This document shows, piece after piece, positions 46,944 to 56,497 of a stretch of 64,000 nucleotides of DNA (its first letter is position 1; each line of letters begins with the position of its first letter). The notes beneath the pieces are model-generated. The model was not told the origin of the DNA and ran no database searches. It saw only the letters and a list, made by a program, of their open reading frames with translations. Position numbers and translations under genes: made by a program. The stretch is taken from contig JBGPJF010000004.1 of NCBI GenBank assembly GCA_041485285.1, positions 24,468-88,467 on the forward strand, read 5' to 3'. The DNA is from Thermoplasmata archaeon (GTDB lineage: Archaea; Thermoplasmatota; DTKX01; DATEUP01).

Positions 46944-47965
46944 CGCGGCTCCGGCAATCCCCACTGCTTGGCCTGCACCGCCTGCGCGCGTTCGACCGCC
47001 ACGGTGCCGACGGCCCGGTAGTCCTTGACCTCGTTCAGCGACGTCGAAAACGGCTTGCCTTCCACGGATGCCGCGATACCCGCAACCGTCTCCGCGAGCG
47101 CCAAGAGGTTGTACCCGCCCTCGAGCACGAACACCGCGGGCATCTTGGCGTTCTGGCGCGCGAACTTCGCCACGCGCGTGCACAGGTCGATGTACGCCCC
47201 CGAGGTGAGCGTGAGCCCCGCGAGCGGGTCCTCGTAGTGCGCGTCGAGGCCGAGCGACACGATCACGGCTTTCGGCTTGGACTGCTCGAGGACGGGGAGC
47301 AGCACGCGGTCCCACGCGAGGCGGAAGGTGGCGTCGCCCGACCCCTCGGGGAGCGGGATGTTCACGATGCGGCCCACGCCCGCGCCTTCGCCGACTTCCT
47401 CGACGCTCCCGGAGTTGGGGTAGATCCCTTCTTGGTGGGTCGAGAGGTACACAATGTCCTTGCGCGACTGGAAGATCTCCTGCGTCCCGTTGCCGTGGTG
47501 CACATCGAGGTCGACGATGGCCACGGGGGAAAGGCCCTCCTCCTTCGAGAGGTGGTGCGCGGTGACAGCGGCGTTGTTGAAGTAGCAGAACCCGCCGGCA
47601 AAGGCGGTGCCCGCGTGGTGCCCGGGGGGACGCGTGAGCGCGAAGGCCTCCTCGTTCTTTGACATCGCGTGGCGCGCGGCGGCAAGGGCGGCCCCCGCCG
47701 CGATGAGCGCCAGCTGGTAGGTGCCTGGCCGAATGAACGTGTCCGCGTCGTAGGCGCCTTCCTTCGTGTGCATGATCTTCTCGACGAAGGCCTCGTCGTG
47801 CACGTGGCACACATCGCGCTTGCCTGCAGGGGCGGGTTTGATGAACCCGTCCAGGCGCCCTTCCGTCTCCAGCCGATCGACAATTGCCTGGAGCCGCTCC
47901 GGCCGTTCGGGGTGGCCGGCCCACTGGACATGCTCCAGCGACCGAGGGTGATAGACGAACTTCAC
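46940..47965 (-). CDS. Histone deacetylase / acetoin-utilisation AcuC-family deacetylase
   Basis: Motifs 'RPPGHHAG', 'GFCYFNNAA', 'VDLDVHHGNGTQ', 'SLGLDAHYEDPLAGL'. Confidence 0.8.
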   Translation of the reverse strand: MKFVYHPRSLEHVQWAGHPERPERLQAIVDRLETEGRLDGFIKPAPAGKRDVCHVHDEAFVEKIMHTKEGAYDADTFIRPGTYQLALIAAGAALAAARHAMSKNEEAFALTRPPGHHAGTAFAGGFCYFNNAAVTAHHLSKEEGLSPVAIVDLDVHHGNGTQEIFQSRKDIVYLSTHQEGIYPNSGSVEEVGEGAGVGRIVNIPLPEGSGDATFRLAWDRVLLPVLEQSKPKAVIVSLGLDAHYEDPLAGLTLTSGAYIDLCTRVAKFARQNAKMPAVFVLEGGYNLLALAETVAGIAASVEGKPFSTSLNEVKDYRAVGTVAVERAQAVQAKQWGLPEPR

Positions 47966-48058
47966 GGCCTCTTTCCCACCGAACTTGAACGGTTTTATCT
48001 AACTGGACGCATATACCCTTAAGGGAAGGCTGGCCTTCGGGATTCAGGCCTTCAAGTA

Positions 48059-48502
48059 GTGACCCCGGGGGGGTTCGGAACGGTCGGAGATGAGATCCTA
48101 AAGCGGGCCCGCCGACCCGGCGGGGCCCCCGCGAAACCCCGCATTATCCCCAACCTGGCTGCCCCCCCAGCGGCGCCAAGGCCCCCCCCGGCGCCTCCGC
48201 CCCCGGTCCTCACCGTCAACCCCAACGCCGTAGTCACGCGCCGCGACCTAGAGGTCGTGGCCTCAGTCTGGAACCTCTCGGAGGAGCTCTTCGGCCGTCT
48301 GGAGGGGATGAAGCTCTCCGACCTGCAGGTCGCCACCTCGATCTCGAAGGACTTCAAGCGTGACCTGATCGCGGTCGTCGAGCGCCGGCTGTCCCCGCGC
48401 AAGGTGCGCCCAGGCGGCACCAGCGACAGCGGGATGGACGACGGCGGCGGGCCCGCTCCAACGGGCGGCGGCGGCGGGGCCGTCGGCGGCGGCGACATGT
48501 AA
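48059..48502 (+). CDS. Hypothetical protein (Pro-rich N-terminus, Gly-rich C-terminus); coding status uncertain
   Basis: Only ORF in the 600-bp gap between the HDAC and rps6e genes. No recognisable domain. Confidence 0.3.
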   Translation: MTPGGFGTVGDEILKRARRPGGAPAKPRIIPNLAAPPAAPRPPPAPPPPVLTVNPNAVVTRRDLEVVASVWNLSEELFGRLEGMKLSDLQVATSISKDFKRDLIAVVERRLSPRKVRPGGTSDSGMDDGGGPAPTGGGGGAVGGGDM

Positions 48503-48600
48503 GGCCAGCGCGCCAATTGCAGCGTCGCTGGAACCCCCCAACGCTTATATCGAAAGGCAGGATTGCCCGCACCTTGCAGCCTTGCTTTCAGGTGTAGCCG

Positions 48601-49056
48601 ATGGTCGAATTCGTCGCCGTGGTGTCGGACCCCAAGGGTGGGAAGTCCTTCCAGTCGAAGGTCGTCGGGCACCTTGCCAATTCGCTCGTCGGCAAGAAGA
48701 TCGGCGACGAGATCGACGGCATCTTCGTCCAGCTCCCCGGCTACAAGCTGAAGATTACGGGCGGCTCCGACCGCGCCGGGTTCCCGATGATCGCCGCGCT
48801 GCCGGGAACGCGCTACCGCCGGCTGCTTGCCACCAAGGGCCCTGGGTTCCGCTCGACCACGCGCCACAAGAAGAAGCGCGACAAGCCGACGCACGAGGCG
48901 GGCCTGCGCAAGAAGAAGCCCGTGCGCGGCAACACAATTTCCCCGGAGACCTCGCAGGTCAACCTGAAGATCACGACCCGCGGCGCCAAGCCGATTGAGG
49001 ACCTCCTCAAGGCCGAGGCGAAGAAGGCGGACGAGAAGGGCCCGGAGAAGAAGTAG
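48601..49056 (+). CDS. rps6e: 30S ribosomal protein S6e
   Basis: Sequence 'VGKKIGDEIDGIFVQLPGYKLKITGGSDRAGFPM...KKKRDKPTHEAGLRKKKPVRGNTISPETSQVNLKI'. TATA-like 'cttatatc' about 45 nt upstream. Confidence 0.9.
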   Translation: MVEFVAVVSDPKGGKSFQSKVVGHLANSLVGKKIGDEIDGIFVQLPGYKLKITGGSDRAGFPMIAALPGTRYRRLLATKGPGFRSTTRHKKKRDKPTHEAGLRKKKPVRGNTISPETSQVNLKITTRGAKPIEDLLKAEAKKADEKGPEKK

Positions 49057-49891
49057 CGCGGGTGCCGCGGGACGCGATGGCGTCGCGGTCGAACCCCCGC
49101 ACCACGCGCAGCAGGTCGAGGGCGCTTTCCACATCGAGGTCGACCAGGCGCGAGGCGACCGGCGACCAGAACTTCTCGATGTGCCCCTCGGTGGCCTCGA
49201 GCACGACGAAGGGCTGCTCGGGGCCGAACAGCCACCGTTCCGCCCCCACTTCTTCGAGGGCGCGGCGCGCGTGCGCGCCGGCCGGCGCGCCCCACTCGGG
49301 CGTCCCGTCGTCCTGCCCGCTGCGCCGGAGCAGGCTGCGCAGCGCCGCCTCTTCCTGCGAGGGGAGCCCGAGCGACTCGGGGGTCGCCCCCCCGAGGAAG
49401 CGGGAACGCTTGGGCGCAAGCAGGAGCACACCGCTCTCCTTGCACGTCCACGCGCAGCGGACGCCGACCACCTGCACCGCCCAGAGCACGTTCACATTCA
49501 CGTAGACCGCAAGCTCGAGGGGGTAGCGCTCGTCGGAGGAGCGCGCGCGCACTTCCATCCCGGCGCCGAGCGCCCCGGAATGGGGCGCACGGATCCAGTA
49601 GATCCGCACGCCGGTGGCTTCGAGGCTGCCGGCCGACGCAAGCGCCCGCCGCACGACGCCGACGGCGCGCGCGTAGGCCGCGCAGTACGCGGAAAACCAG
49701 AACGCGGCGAGCGCGAGCCACAGGAGCGGGCTCTGAATGGCCGCAAGCCCGCGGGCCGCGCTCCACCCGAGCACGACGAGGGCAAACACGCCGAACCCGA
49801 CGGCGGCGATTGCAAGCTGCGCGCGGCGCGCGCCCGGCAGCGACTGGAGGCGCGGGACTTCGGCGTCGACATCGCCGTCCAGTGTTGACAT
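49007..49891 (-). CDS. Hypothetical membrane-associated protein (convergent with rps6e; start uncertain)
   Basis: Two N-terminal TM helices ('LAIAAVGFGVFALVVLGW', 'LLWLALAAFWFSAYCAAYA'), then a soluble domain. No family. Confidence 0.3.
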   Translation of the reverse strand: MSTLDGDVDAEVPRLQSLPGARRAQLAIAAVGFGVFALVVLGWSAARGLAAIQSPLLWLALAAFWFSAYCAAYARAVGVVRRALASAGSLEATGVRIYWIRAPHSGALGAGMEVRARSSDERYPLELAVYVNVNVLWAVQVVGVRCAWTCKESGVLLLAPKRSRFLGGATPESLGLPSQEEAALRSLLRRSGQDDGTPEWGAPAGAHARRALEEVGAERWLFGPEQPFVVLEATEGHIEKFWSPVASRLVDLDVESALDLLRVVRGFDRDAIASRGTRATSSPGPSRPPSSPRP

Positions 49892-50055
49892 GGCCGCCTC
49901 CTGCTCCGCGCCCGACCCTTGCCAAAGCGGCCCGGGGGGAAAACGGTTTGCTCGTCCGCGCGCCGCCCCGCATCCAGCGCGAGAAATCCGCGGGGGTGCG
50001 GGAAAACCGGGAAATACCCCTTGCCCCTTCCGCCACCTCCCAAGGAAGGCGCCGC

Positions 50056-51291
50056 GTGAAGGTTCCCCAAGCCCCTGAGATCAACATTGGCGTCGTGGGC
50101 CACGTCGACCACGGCAAGACGACGCTCACCAAGGCGCTCACGGGCGAATGGACGGACCGGCACAGCGAGGAAGTCAAGCGCGGCATCTCGATCAAGCTCG
50201 GCTACGCCGACGCGGCGTTCTACAGGTGCGAGAACGAGGAGGGCGCGAAGGCCTACTCGGTGAAGAGCGAGTGCCCGCACTGCGGCAAGCCCACGAAGCT
50301 CATCCGGACCGTCTCCTTCGTCGACGCGCCGGGCCACGAGACGCTGATGGCGACCATGCTCACCGGCGCGTCGCTGATGGACGGCGCGCTCCTGCTGGTG
50401 GCGGCCAACGAAAAGTGCCCCCAGCCCCAGACCAAGGAGCACCTCGTCGCCCTGCAGATCGCGGGCATCGAGAAGATCGTCGTCGTGCAGAACAAAGTCG
50501 ACCTCGTCACCATCGAGCGGGCGAAGGAATCGTACAAGGAAATCCAGGCGTTCCTCAAGGGCACCGGCGCCGAGAAGGCGCCGATCATCCCCGTCTCGGC
50601 GCACCACGACGTGAACATCGACGCGCTGCTCGAAGCGATCGACAAGACGATCCCGTCGCGCGAAAACGACCCGAAGCAGGCGGCGAGGATGTATGTCTCG
50701 CGCTCTTTTGACGTGAACCGCCCCGGCACGCGCCCGAGCGACCTGCGCGGCGGCGTGTTCGGCGGATCGCTGATCCAAGGGTCGCTCAAGGTCGGCGACG
50801 AGGTGGAGATCGTCCCGGGCCGCAAGGTCGAGGAAGAGGGCCGCACGCGCTGGGAAAACTTGCAGACAAAGATCGTCTCGCTCATGGTCGGCGGCCAGTC
50901 GGTCGCCGAGACCCACTCGGGCGGCCTCATCGCGGTCGGCACGGCCATCGACCCGGCGTTCACGAAGGCCGACTCGCTGGTCGGACGCATGCTCGGGCGT
51001 CCCGGCTCGCTGCCGAAGCAGATTCAGAAGACGACGATCGAGGCCCACCTGCTCGACTACGTGGTGGGCGCGGGCGAGGACATCAAGGTCGAGAAAATCC
51101 GGACCGCGGAGTTGCTGATGCTCTCGATTGGCGCGGCGACCGATGTCGGGACGGTCAAGGGGATGTCCGGCACGAAGATCGACCTCGACCTCAAGATGCC
51201 CGTGTGCGCCGAGCTGGGCGACCGGGTGGCAATCTCGCGGCGGTTCGGCGCCAGGTGGCGGCTGATCGGCCACGGCCTGATCCTCAAGTGA
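50056..51291 (+). CDS. eif2g: Translation initiation factor 2 subunit gamma (aIF2-gamma)
   Basis: GTG start. G1 motif 'GVVGHVDHGKTTL'. The zinc knuckle 'CPHCGKPTK' is typical of a/eIF2-gamma. 'DAPGHE', 'NKVD'. Confidence 0.9.
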   Translation: MKVPQAPEINIGVVGHVDHGKTTLTKALTGEWTDRHSEEVKRGISIKLGYADAAFYRCENEEGAKAYSVKSECPHCGKPTKLIRTVSFVDAPGHETLMATMLTGASLMDGALLLVAANEKCPQPQTKEHLVALQIAGIEKIVVVQNKVDLVTIERAKESYKEIQAFLKGTGAEKAPIIPVSAHHDVNIDALLEAIDKTIPSRENDPKQAARMYVSRSFDVNRPGTRPSDLRGGVFGGSLIQGSLKVGDEVEIVPGRKVEEEGRTRWENLQTKIVSLMVGGQSVAETHSGGLIAVGTAIDPAFTKADSLVGRMLGRPGSLPKQIQKTTIEAHLLDYVVGAGEDIKVEKIRTAELLMLSIGAATDVGTVKGMSGTKIDLDLKMPVCAELGDRVAISRRFGARWRLIGHGLILK

Positions 51292-51303
51292 GGGGGCGCG
51301 GCG

Positions 51304-51690
51304 GTGGGGGGAGCCGCGCCGCGCGAGCGCATCGTGCTTGTCGATGCAAACGGCCTCTTTACGGCCGCGAGGCTGCGGCTGGACATCATGAAGAAGTTGC
51401 AGAAGGCGGCGCCGGGGTGGACGGCGGTCGTCCCCGAGAGCGTGGTGCGCGAGCTCGAGGTCGTGGGGCACCGGAAGTTCGCAGGCGAAGCGCGTGCGCT
51501 CGCAGAGCGACTGCCACTACTCGCGAACGAAGGTCGGGGGGACGCCGCTATCCTCGCGGCAGCGGTCGCGGGCCCCAAGCGCGCGGTGCTTACGAACGAC
51601 CGGGCGCTGCGCGTGGCGTTGCGCGCCAAAGGCGTGCCGGTCTTGTTCGTCCGCGGAAGCGCGACGATCGAAGTGGACGGCGCCCTATAG
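51304..51690 (+). CDS. PIN domain protein (the conserved PIN ORF that follows eIF2-gamma in archaea)
   Basis: Sequence 'IVLVDANGLF...LTNDRAL' with PIN acidic residues. Conserved synteny with eif2g. Confidence 0.7.
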   Translation: MGGAAPRERIVLVDANGLFTAARLRLDIMKKLQKAAPGWTAVVPESVVRELEVVGHRKFAGEARALAERLPLLANEGRGDAAILAAAVAGPKRAVLTNDRALRVALRAKGVPVLFVRGSATIEVDGAL

Positions 51691-51722
51691 TTGCGTGCGC
51701 GACCCGCGGCCGCGCTCGATGA

Positions 51723-52232
51723 TTAGGCGGGTGGCGGCCCCAAGCGCTCCGAGATCTTGTGGTGGGCGAAGCGCATCAGCTGCCTAAGTTCGTGCACGTA
51801 TTCCCGCTCGGAAATGACCTTGCCAAGCGTCGGGCCATCGACGATTGCGCTGAGTTCGGGTCCCGCATCGAGGTACCAATGGAAGTCGGCAACGGACGGG
51901 TGCTTACGGTTGGCGCCCTCCGACCAATGACTGCGGGTGACCTGCGCGAAATGGATGCGGGCGCCAAGAGTTTCCCGACGGGAATAGTGCGTGGCGATCA
52001 CCCAGGTGGGTCCGAGTTCGAAGAAAGGAGAGGGGCGCGCCCGGTTTACCCAAGAGAGGAAGGGCAAACCGTTTGCCGCGTTTAGGGTCCCGAACAAGAA
52101 CAACCCCGCGATGGCGAGGTCCACAGCGGCGTCGAGTTCGTTCTCGGGCTCGCGGATTTCGACGCGGCGGATGCGACCGGCCGTGGGCGCGCCAGGGGGT
52201 GCGGATGCAGACGAATCGTTGCCAACTTCCAT
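51723..52232 (-). CDS. Hypothetical protein
   Basis: ORF with typical codon usage. No recognisable domain. Confidence 0.3.
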   Translation of the reverse strand: MEVGNDSSASAPPGAPTAGRIRRVEIREPENELDAAVDLAIAGLFLFGTLNAANGLPFLSWVNRARPSPFFELGPTWVIATHYSRRETLGARIHFAQVTRSHWSEGANRKHPSVADFHWYLDAGPELSAIVDGPTLGKVISEREYVHELRQLMRFAHHKISERLGPPPA

Positions 52233-52370
52233 GGGGGGCCCCGTCGCTGATGACTACGTGCCCGGCCTGATGAAGATTCGCGCGCGGTGAACCGCCGTCA
52301 TCCTCCTCAGCATTGAATAGCGAAGGCCCCGATGGCCGCCGGGCAAGCGCGCGCGGGAAGGTAGACGGAA

Positions 52371-52727
52371 GTGAGCGTGGCGGTGGCGGCGGTAAGTGAC
52401 ATGTTCTTCGCGTCAAAGCTGAAGGAAGCCGCCAAGGCGTCGGGCACCGAGCTTGTCTTCAGCAAGTCGCTTTCGGACACCGTCGAGAAGGCCGCCACCT
52501 CGAAGGCCAAGGTCATCCTCCTCGACCTGAACGGCGACGACTACTCGCGTCTCGATGCCGTCCGCGCCCTCAAGGCCGACCCGCGCACGCGTGGCGCGAC
52601 AACGATTGGCTACCTCTCCCATGTCATGACTGAGCTCAAGCTCGAGGCCGAGGCCGCCGGCTGCGACCGAATCCTCGCCCGTTCGGCCTTCGTGAAGCTC
52701 CTGCCGAGCCTGCTTGCCGAGGCGTGA
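52371..52727 (+). CDS. Stand-alone response-regulator receiver (CheY-like) domain protein
   Basis: Sequence 'KVILLDLNGDDYSRLDAVRALK...TTIGYLSH...AFVKLL' fits the REC topology, with Asp in the phospho-acceptor position, Thr/Ser, and Lys. The N-terminal acidic pair is degenerate (SD). Confidence 0.45.
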   Translation: MSVAVAAVSDMFFASKLKEAAKASGTELVFSKSLSDTVEKAATSKAKVILLDLNGDDYSRLDAVRALKADPRTRGATTIGYLSHVMTELKLEAEAAGCDRILARSAFVKLLPSLLAEA

Positions 52728-52792
52728 CCGCGCGGCTCAGTCAATTAGTTCCACCAATTTGATATAATAACGAACGGCGAGAAGAGAGCACG

Positions 52793-54199
52793 ATGGCCCC
52801 CCGCGCGGCGCGCCTCTGGATCGCGGCGCTTTTGGTTTGCCTGCTTGCGCCATCGCTTGCGGCCGCCGACGACCAGGGCAGCGTCGGCGCGACGGTGAAG
52901 CTCGACCAAAGCGCGCTGACCGCGAGCATGTATCACGTGACGGCGGATTTGCGGGTTCCATTCACCGGCACCGTCCACATCACGACGGACCGCGGACACC
53001 GCGTTGCCCTCACCCTGACGGTGGTCGGCGGCAGCTGGGTTTCCGACATCGCCCCCTCGCCGTTCCCGCCCTCGCAGACGACGACCGATGTCCGCGTCAC
53101 GGGGTGGGTCGAGGTGCCGCGCCAAGTCGCCGAAGGCGTCTACTCCCTAGCGCTGCGCGCCAGGGACAATGATACCATCTTCCCGATCGACACGCAGGCC
53201 CCGTTCACGGTCTCGGTCTTCCGCGGCCCGCTTGCGATCTTCCCCGCGGCCGAGGGGAAAACGCTCTTGCCGGGCGGCGCCGCCCGCTGGAACCTGACGC
53301 TGCGGAACCTTGGCTCGTTCGACTTCGACTTCGATGAGGCGTTCACGGTCCCGACCGGCTTCACCTATTCGGTCGTGAACCCGGGCATCCAGATCCTCAA
53401 CGCGGGCGACGAGGCGTACGTGCTCGTGACGGTCCGCGCGGGCGCGACGGTGATTGCGGGGGACTACACCTGGTCGGTCGCGGTCTCCTCCAGCTCGAAC
53501 CCCGAGGTCTCCACCTCCACCACCATCCCCTACTCGGTCGACCGCATTGTCGCGACGCCCCCCACGGGCACGCCTGACTTCCTCGGACAGTACTGGGTGG
53601 CGATCAGCATCGGCATGTTCGCGGTCGGAATCGTCGCGTACTTCTCGCTCACCGAAGTCGGGTACCTCGCCCTCTCGTTCTCCGTCCTCGTCCCCCTATT
53701 CACCCGCATCCGCCACGAGAAAGTCCTCGACAACTTCACGCGCGGGCAGATCTTCGGCTACATCCAGGCCAACCCCGGCGCGCACTACTCCGCGATCCAG
53801 CAGGTGCTCGACATCGAAAACGGGGTGCTGGCGTACCACCTGCGCGTCCTGCTGCGCGAGGAGTTCGTGGTGGCGCGCAACGAAGGCGTGTTCAAACGCT
53901 TCTATCCGCGCGACTACAAGATCCCGAAGGGCCGCACGCTGCTCACGCGCCTCCAAGTCGACATCCTCGAAGCGGTCGAGAAGTCGCCGGGCATCTCGCA
54001 GCGCGATGTCGCGTACGCGCTTGGCGAGTCGAAGCAGGTGATTTCGTACAATGTGGGCGTCCTGCGCGAGGCCGGCATCCTCAGCGGGGAGCGGCGCGGC
54101 CGCGAGGTGCTCCTGCGCGCCGTTGGCCCCACGAGCGGCAAGCGCGACCCCGAAGACGTCGCAGGCGCGACCGCCCCGTCCGACCTCACTTCGCTCTGA
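52793..54199 (+). CDS. Membrane-anchored transcription regulator: signal peptide, extracellular CARDB-like beta-sandwich domains, 2 TM helices, then a cytoplasmic tandem winged-helix (ArsR/MarR-like) pair
   Basis: Signal 'LWIAALLVCLLAPSLAAA'. 'NLTLRNLGSFDFDFDEAFTVPTGFTYSV'. TM helices 'YWVAISIGMFAVGIVAYFSL' and 'GYLALSFSVLVPLF'. wHTH1 'IFGYIQANPGAHYSAIQQVLDIENGVLAYHLRVLLREEFV'. wHTH2 'ILEAVEKSPGISQRDVAYALGESKQVISYNVGVLREAGIL'. Confidence 0.6.
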   Translation: MAPRAARLWIAALLVCLLAPSLAAADDQGSVGATVKLDQSALTASMYHVTADLRVPFTGTVHITTDRGHRVALTLTVVGGSWVSDIAPSPFPPSQTTTDVRVTGWVEVPRQVAEGVYSLALRARDNDTIFPIDTQAPFTVSVFRGPLAIFPAAEGKTLLPGGAARWNLTLRNLGSFDFDFDEAFTVPTGFTYSVVNPGIQILNAGDEAYVLVTVRAGATVIAGDYTWSVAVSSSSNPEVSTSTTIPYSVDRIVATPPTGTPDFLGQYWVAISIGMFAVGIVAYFSLTEVGYLALSFSVLVPLFTRIRHEKVLDNFTRGQIFGYIQANPGAHYSAIQQVLDIENGVLAYHLRVLLREEFVVARNEGVFKRFYPRDYKIPKGRTLLTRLQVDILEAVEKSPGISQRDVAYALGESKQVISYNVGVLREAGILSGERRGREVLLRAVGPTSGKRDPEDVAGATAPSDLTSL

Positions 54200-54392
54200 G
54201 ATCGCGGCCCGTCCAAGTGGGCCACCACTTTTCTTAATATAGCAGGCGCCCACGGCAGCGGTGCAGGAGCTTGAGCGCGTGCGAAATTTGACGCCTGGGT
54301 GGGACGGAAAAACGGCTGGAGTGCCTGGCCGACCGCCCCTCAAGGGTTAAATATCGTACGCACGATCGAGCGACCGCCAGGAGCCAATCCGT

Positions 54393-55301
54393 ATGCAAGC
54401 CAGCAAGAGAATTGCACAGACATCGATCGCGTTCATGGTTGTCGTCTCGGCCTTCCTGGCCCTCGTGCCTGCCGCATCGGCTCAGAACCCGGTTCCCGTC
54501 ATCGCCCTTACCCTGACGCCCGGCGAGCGCGTTGCTGAAATCACAGCGTCGTCCCCCAAGGCCGTTCAGTTCAACGGGAACGCAACGTTCGACAAGCTCA
54601 GCTTCGAGCGCGGGCAGGTCTCGATCTTGGCGACCGTGTCGACCGGGTGGGTTACGACCGTTTCGCCGGCCTCCATCACGGTCACGAACCAGCGCTCCAT
54701 CATCTACACGGTCACGGTCGTAGTCCCGGCGGGCGCGCTCGCGACCGAGATCGGGCAGCTGTTGGTCACCGGCCGCATCAGCGCGGGCGGGCTGCAGTCC
54801 CAAGCCCAGGCGCAGGCGATTGTCTCGCCGGCCGCCTACTTCCGCACGATCGCGTCCTCGACCACGCCGTTCATGGAGAGCGGGTACTCGACGCAGGTCG
54901 TCGCCGTGTTCAAGATCTACAATGAAGGCAACGTGCGCGACCAAGTCAAAGTCAACATCAAGAACCTCGAGGACCTCTCGGCGGCTCAATGGGTCGTCCA
55001 GATGTCGCGCACCTCGTTCACAATCGAACCCACCCTGTTCCAGGACATCCAGGTGACCATCGCGCTGCCGAAGGTGTGGCAGTTCACCTCGGACAACAAG
55101 GTCACCGTGATCGACCTCCAGGTCTCGTCGGGCGGCGCCGTGGAAGCTGGCGGCTCGTTCACCGACTCGCTCCCGATCTTCATCCGCACCGTCGGGTTCT
55201 CGGTGCCGGGCTTCGACGCGACCTTTGCCGTACTCGGCGTGTGCGCGGCGGCGCTGGGCGCGGGGATGGCAAGCGGAAAGCGCCGGCGGATCATCAAGTG
55301 A
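54393..55301 (+). CDS. Secreted surface protein with a PGF-CTERM archaeosortase (ArtA) sorting signal
   Basis: Signal peptide 'IAFMVVVSAFLALVPAASAQ'. C-terminus 'FSVPGFDATFAVLGVCAAALGAGMASGKRRRIIK' is PGF, then a TM helix, then a basic tail. Confidence 0.65.
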   Translation: MQASKRIAQTSIAFMVVVSAFLALVPAASAQNPVPVIALTLTPGERVAEITASSPKAVQFNGNATFDKLSFERGQVSILATVSTGWVTTVSPASITVTNQRSIIYTVTVVVPAGALATEIGQLLVTGRISAGGLQSQAQAQAIVSPAAYFRTIASSTTPFMESGYSTQVVAVFKIYNEGNVRDQVKVNIKNLEDLSAAQWVVQMSRTSFTIEPTLFQDIQVTIALPKVWQFTSDNKVTVIDLQVSSGGAVEAGGSFTDSLPIFIRTVGFSVPGFDATFAVLGVCAAALGAGMASGKRRRIIK

Positions 55302-55363
55302 GGGCGCGCTCCTCCTTGAAGGGCCAAACCACGAGCGGACGCTTTGGGAGTTGAACCGGACGG

Positions 55364-56494
55364 ATGTCGCGCAGCATCCACGACGAGGAAATCCTGCACG
55401 ATGACGAGCGTGCAAGCGACGCCGACGCCGCCATCGGCGCGTTCTCGAAGAAGACGATGACGATGCTCATCGTGGTGCTCGTCGTGGTCGGCGCGGTCGC
55501 GGGCGTCATCGTGCTCTTCTCGGTCGACGAGGGCGCCGCCCAGAGCGTCGTGCTGACCGGCCCCAGCCGCACCGACGACCTGCTTACCTTCGCGTACACG
55601 ATCAAGACGGACCGGGCCCCCGCGACGGGCGCGACGGCGCTCACCATCACCCACGACGGCGCCACCGTGCATTCGCGCAGCTTCGCGGCCGGGGGCGGCG
55701 GCGGGCGGATCGACGTCCACCTTGCGGAATTCACAGTGGCCAACGGCGACTACCTGTTCAAGCTCCAATACAAGGACAGGACGGGCACCGCCACGTACAC
55801 GATCGGGACGCCCGAGACCACGAACTTCATCGTGACGGCCATCGGCGCCCCGAGCGTGCCTCCAGGCGCTGAGGCGGCCACGACGGTCTACGGCGCCGGA
55901 GGCGGCGACGCGCACATCGGAGCGATCGCCTACTCCGTGTACTTCTTCAGCGACATCTCGGCAAACCTCCAGACAAAGGCCCCCCCGGGTTCGATGCTCG
56001 CGATGCAGGTGAGCAAGAATGGGATCGCCATTGACGTGCCCCTGAATGTGTCGGTCGAGGGCAAGACCTTCTACACGCACAATTTCACCGTGGGAGCAGC
56101 CGAGCCGGGCAATTTCACCGTGGATGCCACATTCACCAACCAGTGGGTCAAGCCCGACTCCCCCATCAAGACGCTCACGCTCTCGAACAGGACCTTCGTG
56201 CAAAACCGCCCCTACGCGTGCGTGGTGGGCTCGCCGTACCACGGCAACAACGCCAACAGTTACACGATAACCGCGGACGCAAGCTGCTCGCATGACGACA
56301 TTGCCATCGTCCAATTCACCTGGTATTTCGGCGACAACACCCAGCCGGTGACCAACGGCGCGATCCCCACCGAGACGCACACGTATCCGTCGAGCACGAT
56401 TTCGCGCAGCTACACCGGGTCCGTCTGCGCCTATGACACGCACTCCGGGGAGCCCGACTGCGTGGACTTCACGGTCACGACTTCGCAGACGTGA
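55364..56494 (+). CDS. Secreted protein with an N-terminal signal-anchor and a C-terminal PKD domain
   Basis: TM 'MLIVVLVVVGAVAGVIVLF'. C-terminal 'IVQFTWYFGDNTQPVTNGAIPTETHTYPSSTISRSYTGSVCAYD' is PKD-like. Confidence 0.55.
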   Translation: MSRSIHDEEILHDDERASDADAAIGAFSKKTMTMLIVVLVVVGAVAGVIVLFSVDEGAAQSVVLTGPSRTDDLLTFAYTIKTDRAPATGATALTITHDGATVHSRSFAAGGGGGRIDVHLAEFTVANGDYLFKLQYKDRTGTATYTIGTPETTNFIVTAIGAPSVPPGAEAATTVYGAGGGDAHIGAIAYSVYFFSDISANLQTKAPPGSMLAMQVSKNGIAIDVPLNVSVEGKTFYTHNFTVGAAEPGNFTVDATFTNQWVKPDSPIKTLTLSNRTFVQNRPYACVVGSPYHGNNANSYTITADASCSHDDIAIVQFTWYFGDNTQPVTNGAIPTETHTYPSSTISRSYTGSVCAYDTHSGEPDCVDFTVTTSQT

Positions 56495-56497
56495 CCA

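Noticed and set aside
48052-49431. 459-aa minus-strand ORF spanning the rps6e locus
   Set aside because: It is antisense to ribosomal protein S6e, which is unambiguous. Its composition is low-complexity Arg/Ser/Pro.
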